A stretch of 64,000 bases of DNA from Candidatus Heimdallarchaeum endolithica. GTDB lineage: Archaea > Asgardarchaeota > Heimdallarchaeia > Heimdallarchaeales > Heimdallarchaeaceae. The stretch spans positions 3,136,001 through 3,200,000 of the forward strand of contig CP084167.1 of NCBI GenBank assembly GCA_021513715.1, read 5' to 3'. Below the pieces are notes generated by a model. It worked only from the letters and a program-made list of their open reading frames with translations. It searched no databases and had not been told where the DNA came from. Shown piece by piece: positions 42,654 to 50,653 of the stretch (position 1 is the first letter of the stretch; every line of letters begins with the position of its first letter). The translations under genes were made by a program, and so were the position numbers.

Positions 42654-43871
42654 ATGAACAACTACTTTCTTCGTTGTATCTCTTGTAAAAAAGAATATGA
42701 ACCTAGACCAGGACTCTACTTCTGTGAAAAATGCGGTCCTATAATGGGAACACTTGAAGTAATCTATGATTATGAAAAAATAAAAGAAAATCCTGTCGTA
42801 GTCCAGAAGAGTTTTAATAAAAAAGCTTCAATGTATCAATTTGATTTTCTCTTACCAACAAAAGCAAAAGGAAAATTTGATCCCTATGTTGGAGGTACTC
42901 CCTTATATAAGTTCAATTTACTGGGTTTAAAAGATTTAATGTTAAAATATGACGGGTCTAATCCTTCAAGTTCTTACAAAGATAGAGCAAGCTCAATAGC
43001 AATAAATTTGGCTCTGGATGAAAAAAATGATACTGTTTTCTGTGCTTCGACAGGTAATGCTGCCTCTTCGTTAGCTATGCTAAATGCTCATACGCCCATG
43101 GAAACATATATTTTCGTCCCCTCAACTATACCTGGAGGAAAGAGAGCTCAACTAGAAATATCGGGAGCAAAAGTTTTCTCTGTAGAAGGAACATATGATG
43201 AAGTTTATGATCTATCTTTGGAACTTGGGTTGAAGAAAGGGTGGTATTGTAGACATGCAGCAATAAATCCTTATTTGTTGGAAGGAAAAAAAACTGGGGC
43301 CTTTGAGATTGTCGTACAAAATGATTTCAAAGTTCCAGATTATGTTCTTGTTGGCGTGGGAGATGGAACAGTAGTAAGTTCTCTGTATAAGGGTTTTAAG
43401 GAGTTTAAGGAAATAGGATTAATAGAATCGATTCCTAAAATAATAGGAGTACAAGCAGAAGGAATAGCTGCAATTAAACATGTTTTTGACAAAGGAGAAC
43501 CTTATACTCCTCATCCAATTAAAGGTTCAACAGTAGCAGATAGTATAAGTGTGGGAACACCACGAGATGTTATTAAAGCTTGTAAATATGTAGCTGAAAG
43601 TGGAGGATACTATATCTCTGTAAGCGATGAGGCAATATTAAACGCTATCTCGGAGTTAGGTAAAGAAACAGGATTGTTTGCCGAACCAGCTGCTGCAGCA
43701 CCATATGCAGGATTGAAAGAATTAATAGCTGAAGAAAAAATAAGTAGAGAGGATTCTGTTTGTGTAGTAATAACAGGAAACGGGTTGAAAGATATTAAAG
43801 CTGTAGAAGGAGTAATTTCAAGCAAATCATATTCAAAGGAAGAACTACTTAAAATGTTTAACGATTGGTAA
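42654..43871 (+). CDS. Threonine-synthase-like PLP enzyme
   Basis: N-terminal CxxC/CxxC, GGTPL, NPSSSYKDRAS, ASTGNAASS, NPYLLEGKKT, GVGDG, FAEPAAAA, ITGNGLKD. Confidence 0.85.
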   Translation: MNNYFLRCISCKKEYEPRPGLYFCEKCGPIMGTLEVIYDYEKIKENPVVVQKSFNKKASMYQFDFLLPTKAKGKFDPYVGGTPLYKFNLLGLKDLMLKYDGSNPSSSYKDRASSIAINLALDEKNDTVFCASTGNAASSLAMLNAHTPMETYIFVPSTIPGGKRAQLEISGAKVFSVEGTYDEVYDLSLELGLKKGWYCRHAAINPYLLEGKKTGAFEIVVQNDFKVPDYVLVGVGDGTVVSSLYKGFKEFKEIGLIESIPKIIGVQAEGIAAIKHVFDKGEPYTPHPIKGSTVADSISVGTPRDVIKACKYVAESGGYYISVSDEAILNAISELGKETGLFAEPAAAAPYAGLKELIAEEKISREDSVCVVITGNGLKDIKAVEGVISSKSYSKEELLKMFNDW

Positions 43872-43908
43872 TTCCAAAAGATATGAGAATAGTTTAAATA
43901 ATTAAAAA

Positions 43909-44145
43909 ATGATATTAATATTTATGGCAGGTTATAGAATTCTGTCTATATTTCAAACAATTTTTATTTTAGCCGCAGCAGTATCTGTATTGGACTTTGC
44001 TGTAGATTTCGGAATGAATGATGCTTTCTTTGGTAGCTCTTCATCTGATTGGTGGACAGCAATTGCTTTTTGGGCTTATATGTTTGCTGTTGTAGCAATC
44101 CTACAACTAATTAAAGCATTTACTGTAAAAGAAAGTAAAAAATAA
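43909..44145 (+). CDS. Small 2-TM membrane protein
   Basis: Two hydrophobic segments and a basic tail. Confidence 0.55.
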   Translation: MILIFMAGYRILSIFQTIFILAAAVSVLDFAVDFGMNDAFFGSSSSDWWTAIAFWAYMFAVVAILQLIKAFTVKESKK

Positions 44146-44265
44146 ATTGTTTGATTAATAAGACTTATATCGCAAAATTGGAAACTTTGTATTAAATAGT
44201 GGTAATTGTAGCTCTATTAATCTTAAAAAATCAGAACTATAATATCTTTGAAAGAATTGTAAATA

Positions 44266-45642
44266 GTGAAAAATATGAAGTTCATACTAAATAACAAAAT
44301 AGAAGAGATAGATGCTCCTTTAGGAAGTTCAACCTTGGATTTCTTAAGAAAAAAAGGTTTTACTGGAGTAAAAGAAGCTTGTCATGAAGGAGAATGTGGA
44401 GCTTGCATGATTTTACTTGGAGAAATGAAAGGATCTATAGTAAAATATAAAGCTGTAACTTCTTGTATATTACCTTTAGGCGAAATAATAGGAAAGCATG
44501 TTGTAACTATAGAAGGAATAAATCAAGAAAAGTTAACTCCAATTCAAGAAGCTATAGTGGAAGAAGGAGCTTCACAGTGTGGATTTTGCACTCCTGGTTT
44601 TGTTATGAGTTTGACTGGATTTTTCCTAAATGAGAATTTTGTAAAAGAAGATATCTTAACAGCAATTGAAGGTAATTTATGTAGATGTGGGACTTATGCA
44701 GCAATAAAACGTGCAGCAGAAAAACTAGCTGAAAAAATAGCAGTTGATAATCTTAATTATTCAGCAAGAATTAATTATCTAATTGAATTAGGAGTTATTC
44801 CTGATTATTTTAAAGATATTCCTGCAAAATTAGAGGAATTAAATGAAAAATTAGAAACAAATGATAAAGGAATAAAAGTTGCAGGAGCAACAGATTTACT
44901 TGTTCAGAGGAAGGAGATAGGAAAACCTGTTTTTCTTAATCAAATGGAAATTAGAGACGATATCTGGGAAGAAGAAGAATATATTTACATTGGGGCTTTA
45001 GCGAGTATGGAAGATATACGTTTGTCTAAAAAGTTGAATGAACTTTTTGATATAAAAAATGATTTAACTGTTGTTTCTGCATTACCAATAAGGATTAGAG
45101 CCACCTTAGGTGGAAACTTAGTTAATGCATCTCCAATAGGGGATCTAACAATCTATTTTCTGGGGTTGGGAGCAGAAATATCCTTGAGAAAAGGAGAAAA
45201 AAGAAGAATTATAGCACTTAAAGATTTTTACAAAGGATACAAACAAATGGATTTAGAAGAAGGAGAAATAGTAGAGTGGTTAAGAATAAAATCAATAAAG
45301 CGATATTTTAATTTTGAAAAAATAGCTATGCGAAAATATGTAGATATTGCAAGTGTTAACAGCGCAATATCGTTTGAAAAAGAAGAAAATAAGATCAAGA
45401 ATGTTCATTTATCTATAGGAGGAGTAGCTCCTGTTCCTAAATATCTGGAAAAGACTTCTAGCTTCTTAAATGATAAAAAAGTTAATTCTGAAGTAGTTAA
45501 TCAAGCTTTAGAAATAGCTGACTCAGAAATAAGTCCAATAAGTGACGTGAGAGGAAGTGCAAAATACAAAAGATTGCTAGTTCGCCAATTAATTATTGCT
45601 CATTTTATGGCATTATTTCCCAAAATGGAGGTTAAATTATGA
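44266..45642 (+). CDS. xdhA: Xanthine dehydrogenase 2Fe-2S/FAD subunit
   Basis: GVKEACHEGECGAC, SQCGFCTPGFVMS, GNLCRC, AGATDL, ATLGGNLVNASPIGD, PISDVRGSAKY. Confidence 0.9.
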   Translation: MKNMKFILNNKIEEIDAPLGSSTLDFLRKKGFTGVKEACHEGECGACMILLGEMKGSIVKYKAVTSCILPLGEIIGKHVVTIEGINQEKLTPIQEAIVEEGASQCGFCTPGFVMSLTGFFLNENFVKEDILTAIEGNLCRCGTYAAIKRAAEKLAEKIAVDNLNYSARINYLIELGVIPDYFKDIPAKLEELNEKLETNDKGIKVAGATDLLVQRKEIGKPVFLNQMEIRDDIWEEEEYIYIGALASMEDIRLSKKLNELFDIKNDLTVVSALPIRIRATLGGNLVNASPIGDLTIYFLGLGAEISLRKGEKRRIIALKDFYKGYKQMDLEEGEIVEWLRIKSIKRYFNFEKIAMRKYVDIASVNSAISFEKEENKIKNVHLSIGGVAPVPKYLEKTSSFLNDKKVNSEVVNQALEIADSEISPISDVRGSAKYKRLLVRQLIIAHFMALFPKMEVKL

Positions 45643-47897
45643 AAATAATTAAAGACTTTTTAACTCCTCACACAAAAGGAGAATCTTTGTATGTAGATGA
45701 TTTACCAGAACCATCTAATTTGTTGCATGCATTTGTTTTTACTTCAATAATTCCTCACGGAAAAATAGTTAAACTAAATTTAGAAAAAGCAGAAAAGAGC
45801 CCTGGAGTAAATAAAATTCTTACTTCTAAAGATATTCCTGGTGAAAATCAATTAGGGAGAATTATTCAGGATGAAGTGTTATTAGTAGAAGATGAAGTAG
45901 AATTCGTAGGACAACCAATAGCAATAATTTTAGCTGAAACAAAAGAACAAGCTAAAAAAGCAAGTAAGTTGATAGAAATAGAGTATGAAAAACTCCCTGC
46001 AGTTTTTGATCCAAGAGAAGCAGCAGAAAAAGGTCTATTTATTGCTCCTTCTAATACTCTTTCAAACGGAGATGTCGATGCAGCTTGGGAAAAATGTGAT
46101 GTTATTATTGAAGGAACAGTAGAAAATGGGGGACAAGAACACGTTTATCTTGAAACGCAAGCAGCATTAGCTATACCTGATGAAAATGATAAGATCTTAA
46201 TCTATTCTAGCACTCAAGCTCCCACTACTGTTCAAGGTACAACAGCAAAAATACTCGGTTTAGATATGAACATGATAGAAGTAGATGTTAAGAGAATTGG
46301 AGGAGGATTTGGAGGAAAAGAAGATCAAGCTACACAATGGGCAGCAATCTGTGCTTTAGGTGCATATCATACAAAAAGACCTGTTAAACTTATTCTAAAC
46401 AGAAAAGAAGATATACAGATGACAGGAAAAAGACACCCCTACACTAGTGATTATAAAATAGGGTTAACAAAAGAAGGAAAAATTATAGCTTTTGAAGCTT
46501 CTATTTACCAAAATTCAGGAGCAAGCGCTGATCTATCAACAGCTATCTTAAGTAGAACACTTTTCCACTCTAATAACTCCTATTTTATCCCTAATGTTAA
46601 AGTAACAGGATACCCATGTAAAACAAACTTGCCTCCTTTTACTGCCTTTAGAGGATTTGGAGGACCACAAGGTATGTTTCTAATAGAGTCAGCAATTGAT
46701 AAAGCTGCAGAAGTAATGGGTCTTCCAAAACATGTTCTACAAGAGAAAAATCTCTTAGAAGAAGGAGACGAATTTCACTATGGACAGAAAGTAGAAAGAT
46801 CAAATGCAAGAAGAAGTTTTGAAGAACTACTAAAAGAAACTAATTTTAAGCAGCAGAAAAAGGAAATAGATGAATTCAATCAATCGAACAAGTACATGAA
46901 AAAAGGTCTCTCAATCATGCCAATTTGCTTTGGCATTTCGTTTACAAGTACTTTTCTAAATCAAGCAGGCGCGCTAGTGAATATCTACAAAGATGGTAGC
47001 GTAAGTGTAAGCACTGGAGCAATAGAGATGGGACAAGGAGTGAATGTTAAAATCAGACACATAGTTTCATTAGCTCTGGGAATAGACCCTGAAAGAATAA
47101 GAATAGAAAGTACGAATACTACAAGAGTGATCAACACCTCACCTACAGCAGCAAGTACAGGAGCTGATTTAAATGGAAAGGCGGCAGAGATAGCCTGTAA
47201 TAGATTGGTGGAAAGACTGAAAAAAGTAGCTTCAGAAAAAATTCAAGTTCAACCAGAGAAAATAGAAATAAAAGACGATTATGTGTGTGTAAAAGGAAAG
47301 AAAACAGAACTAGGCTGGAATGAACTCATAAATTTAGCATACATGAGTAGAGTAAATCTTTCAAGCCAAGCATTATATGCTACACCTAAAATATTCTTTA
47401 ACAAAGGAAGAAATAAAGGAAAACCCTTTGCTTACCACGTTTTCGGAGCAGCATTAACAGAGGTAACAATAGATTGTATAAGAGGAACATATACAATAGA
47501 TAAAGTAACAATTGTTCATGATGCAGGAAAGAGCATAAATTATCTGGTGGATCTAGGACAAACAGAAGGAGGGCTACTTCAAGGAATAGGATGGATGACA
47601 ATAGAGCAGCTAATGTACAAAGAAGGGCATATTTTGACTGATTCCTTCGCAACATATAAAATACCCAATTTACCATTCACACCAGAAATAAAGGTAAAGT
47701 TTCTGGAAAATGCAGAAAATCCAGAAGCAGTGTTAAAATCAAAAGCTATAGGAGAACCACCATTCATGTACGGAATAGGAGCATATTTCGCACTAAAAAA
47801 CGCTGCAAGAGCATTTAGGAAAGATAAAGACTGGAACTATTCAGCTCCTTTAACACCAGAAAAACTCTTTCTTTATCTATACGAAAACGAATCTTAA
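45639..47897 (+). CDS. xdhB: Xanthine dehydrogenase molybdopterin-binding subunit
   Basis: GGQEHVYLETQ, RIGGGFGGKE, TGKRH, AFRGFGGPQ, NQAGALV, EMGQG, PTAASTGADLNG, SKAIGEPP. Confidence 0.93.
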   Translation: MKIIKDFLTPHTKGESLYVDDLPEPSNLLHAFVFTSIIPHGKIVKLNLEKAEKSPGVNKILTSKDIPGENQLGRIIQDEVLLVEDEVEFVGQPIAIILAETKEQAKKASKLIEIEYEKLPAVFDPREAAEKGLFIAPSNTLSNGDVDAAWEKCDVIIEGTVENGGQEHVYLETQAALAIPDENDKILIYSSTQAPTTVQGTTAKILGLDMNMIEVDVKRIGGGFGGKEDQATQWAAICALGAYHTKRPVKLILNRKEDIQMTGKRHPYTSDYKIGLTKEGKIIAFEASIYQNSGASADLSTAILSRTLFHSNNSYFIPNVKVTGYPCKTNLPPFTAFRGFGGPQGMFLIESAIDKAAEVMGLPKHVLQEKNLLEEGDEFHYGQKVERSNARRSFEELLKETNFKQQKKEIDEFNQSNKYMKKGLSIMPICFGISFTSTFLNQAGALVNIYKDGSVSVSTGAIEMGQGVNVKIRHIVSLALGIDPERIRIESTNTTRVINTSPTAASTGADLNGKAAEIACNRLVERLKKVASEKIQVQPEKIEIKDDYVCVKGKKTELGWNELINLAYMSRVNLSSQALYATPKIFFNKGRNKGKPFAYHVFGAALTEVTIDCIRGTYTIDKVTIVHDAGKSINYLVDLGQTEGGLLQGIGWMTIEQLMYKEGHILTDSFATYKIPNLPFTPEIKVKFLENAENPEAVLKSKAIGEPPFMYGIGAYFALKNAARAFRKDKDWNYSAPLTPEKLFLYLYENES

Positions 47898-47915
47898 GGC
47901 CTAAAGTGATCAAAG

Positions 47916-48881
47916 TTGAATGATGAAAAGTTTTGGAAAAAAATACTGTCAGAGCTTCAAAAAGGCTCAAACGTTGTTCTAGTAGAAATAATGGAAAGAA
48001 AAGGTTCAGCTCCCAATGCAGAAGGAGCAAAAATGTATGTCACATTAGAAAAATCAGAAGGAACAGTAGGGGGAGGTCTGTCGGAATACCAACTAATAGA
48101 ACAAGCGAGAGAAAAACTAAGAAAAAAGGACTTCACGACTGAAAAAGTATTTATGGTTCATTCAGAAAAAGGAGGAGAAAATAAATCAGGAATGGTATGC
48201 TCTGGTACCCAAACATTTGCGATAGTTCCGTTAGGTGAAAAGGATAAAAGTAAAGTACAAACAATAATTGATGCTTATAACAAAGCAGAACCAACAATAA
48301 TAACAATAAATGAAAAAGGAATAAAAATAGAACTGGGTAAAACATCAGAAGAACAGTATAGATTTATAGACGAAGGAGAAAAATGGACATTTAAAGAAAA
48401 TATAGGATTGAGAAATAGATTAATAATCGTAGGAGGAGGACATGTATCCTTAGCCTTTTCAAAAATAATGAAAACATTGGATTTCCATATAACAGTTTAC
48501 GATAATAGAGAAAATCTAGAAACAATGAAAAATAACAATTACGCAAACGTGAAAAAAGTGATAGATTATGAAGAGATAGGAAAATATGTAATAGAAGGAA
48601 ATAACGTGTATGTAACTATCATGTCGTTTGGACATAAGTATGACGAATTAGTTCTAGAAAAACTTATCCATAAAAAGTTCAAATATATTGGCTTGATGGC
48701 AAGCAAATCAAAGAAAAAGAAACTTTTTGAGAATCTAAAGCAAAAAGGAATATCTGATGAATTGTTAGAAAAAGTTCACTCGCCAATAGGAATAAGCATC
48801 AATAGTATAACTCCAGAAGAAATAGCAATAAGCATAGCAGCAGAAATAGTAGCAACAAAAAATGCCGAAAAGAAAAAATAA
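47916..48881 (+). CDS. xdhC: XdhC/CoxI accessory protein
   Basis: KGSAP..GAKM, GTVGGG, GMVCSG, GGGHVS, SPIGISI..TPEEIAISIAAE. Confidence 0.9.
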   Translation: MNDEKFWKKILSELQKGSNVVLVEIMERKGSAPNAEGAKMYVTLEKSEGTVGGGLSEYQLIEQAREKLRKKDFTTEKVFMVHSEKGGENKSGMVCSGTQTFAIVPLGEKDKSKVQTIIDAYNKAEPTIITINEKGIKIELGKTSEEQYRFIDEGEKWTFKENIGLRNRLIIVGGGHVSLAFSKIMKTLDFHITVYDNRENLETMKNNNYANVKKVIDYEEIGKYVIEGNNVYVTIMSFGHKYDELVLEKLIHKKFKYIGLMASKSKKKKLFENLKQKGISDELLEKVHSPIGISINSITPEEIAISIAAEIVATKNAEKKK

Positions 48882-49013
48882 CAATTACTTTCAACAAAAC
48901 TGAAAAGAATAAATATTGAATTTTTGAATTATAAAATTAATAAGAAAATGAAGAAATTTTGCATGAAAAAGAAAGAACGGTGTTTAAATCTATTTTATTT
49001 TTTTTTAACTTAA

Positions 49014-50017
49014 AAGCATGTCCAAAAATTCTTTTTCACCTACTAAACGGTCCGAAGGAGTAAAAGGTAGTTGTAACAGAGGAGAGAACTGTACAAGGTA
49101 GAGAGGATGGTGGAGGGTAAACGATCAAGGATTGGGGGATGAGAGAGTTTGAGGAGACCAAAGACGTGTTCAATACTACTACGATACTCGGGGTGATGAT
49201 TATGACGATACAGACCAGGGTAGAGACGATGAGCTTGAACTATTGGTCCGAGGGGAGGAGGAGAGGGATAACGAGCATTACTTTTTGGGGGAATAACAGG
49301 GAAAAAGGAATGTTGGCTAAGAAGTCCCACGATATTTTCTGTCCAGTAGGCACAGTCTCCATAAAATCGCAAGAAAGGTCTCAAGAGTGCAGAAGGAAGT
49401 TTCTGCCAGAGCAAACCGAAGACTTTACTATCGTGAGTGTTACTAGCAGAATGAGCTAAAGAGACTATAGCTCGAGAGGGTAAACCAACTATAAGGTGTA
49501 TCTTCCAGAAAAGTTTAGAGGTTTTCTTTAGTCCTCCTCTTGCCCACTTGAGAAAACGCCAAACAGAAGCCTGACGGATTTTAAACCCTGAACTATCCAC
49601 CGCCATAGCTTTCAAGCCTTTTTTCCTCACTATTTCCCTACCTAAATCTATTATCCACCGCTCCAGCAACTTACTTTCTGTCGCTCTCCACACTGCATGA
49701 AAAGTAGATTTGGAAGGAATCTTCTTCATCCACCCCTCTTCTATCAAAAAATCGCATAAAGCCAACTTTTCCTCTAACTTCCTCCAAGCTATTCCTTCTA
49801 TTCTCGCAATAATTGCTAAAGCCAGTATCACCCACCTTTCTGCTATTCTTTTTCTCCCTCTCTTACTTTCTCTCGGTTCCTCTTTCACCAGTTTCTTAAG
49901 GAAAGGTTCATTAATGATTATGAATTCTCTTACTTTGTGGGGGTCTATGATCTGAAAGTAAGTCATAATTCCGACATAAACCCCCACATTAATAAAAATT
50001 AATTTTTGGACATGCTT
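49014..50017 (-). mobile_element. Intact 1004-bp DDE insertion sequence (IS5/IS4-like)
   Basis: Perfect 17-bp TIR AAGCATGTCCAAAAATT (49014-30 / 50001-17) flanked by direct repeat ACTTAA (49008-13, 50018-23). Confidence 0.93.
49043..49966 (-). CDS. DDE transposase, 307 aa from ATG 49966 (the ORF-track start lies outside the TIR)
   Basis: PSKSTF, AVDSSG, WKIHLIV, HDSK, YGDCAY, YRSSIEHVFGLLK. Confidence 0.88.
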   Translation of the reverse strand: MTYFQIIDPHKVREFIIINEPFLKKLVKEEPRESKRGRKRIAERWVILALAIIARIEGIAWRKLEEKLALCDFLIEEGWMKKIPSKSTFHAVWRATESKLLERWIIDLGREIVRKKGLKAMAVDSSGFKIRQASVWRFLKWARGGLKKTSKLFWKIHLIVGLPSRAIVSLAHSASNTHDSKVFGLLWQKLPSALLRPFLRFYGDCAYWTENIVGLLSQHSFFPVIPPKSNARYPSPPPLGPIVQAHRLYPGLYRHNHHPEYRSSIEHVFGLLKLSHPPILDRLPSTILSTLYSSLLCYNYLLLLRTV

Positions 50018-50172
50018 ACTTAACATTAATGCTAATATTAAATAAAATTAAATGAAATAGAATAAGATGAAAAAAAACAATAAAAGGATAATTACAACTT
50101 AAGTTGTAAATCTATCTGTATTTTGTTTTAAAGTCTATTTAATCTTTTAGATACTTCTTCAATTAACGTCAA

Positions 50173-50413
50173 ATGGAAGACAAAAGAGAGAAAAAAGAAA
50201 AGAAAGAAAGTAGGAGGAAAAATATACTTGAAAAATGGCTGATATACTAGGATGATATTTTCACTCTATCTGTTCCAGTGATTTTTAGAAAAATATCTAG
50301 AAGGTATAATTATTATTGACTTAATCCAGTCGTTTTTCTTAATTGTATATTCTATTATCAAAGCGTTTCTAACTATTTGAAAAACACAAAATCTCAGAAT
50401 ACTTGAAATCTAG
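50173..50413 (+). pseudogene. Possible decayed N-terminal fragment of a related transposase
   Basis: KESRRKNILEKWLI resembles RESKRGRKRIAERWVI; I*KTQNLRILEI* resembles VWRATESKLLERW. Confidence 0.35.
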
Positions 50414-50653
50414 TTTCAGAAAAGTTGAAACTTTTTATTCTATAAGTAACTGGATGATTTAAAATAATAATGAGAAAAAAAGTATTCATTTATAAATTAT
50501 GTACACAAACAAATTGAATCTTCATCGTGAATTACTTTTTTTGTACGAAAATAAAAATGTAACGTAAAAAAGAAGTAGGAAAAAATTTTAGTTTTATTGC
50601 ATACGCAGATAATTTTAAATATTTTTTTGAGAAAATATATTTTGGGTGTTTAA

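Noticed and set aside
49139-49459. 106-aa antisense ORF in the transposase
   Set aside because: No recognisable motif; the open frame is explicable by the purine skew.
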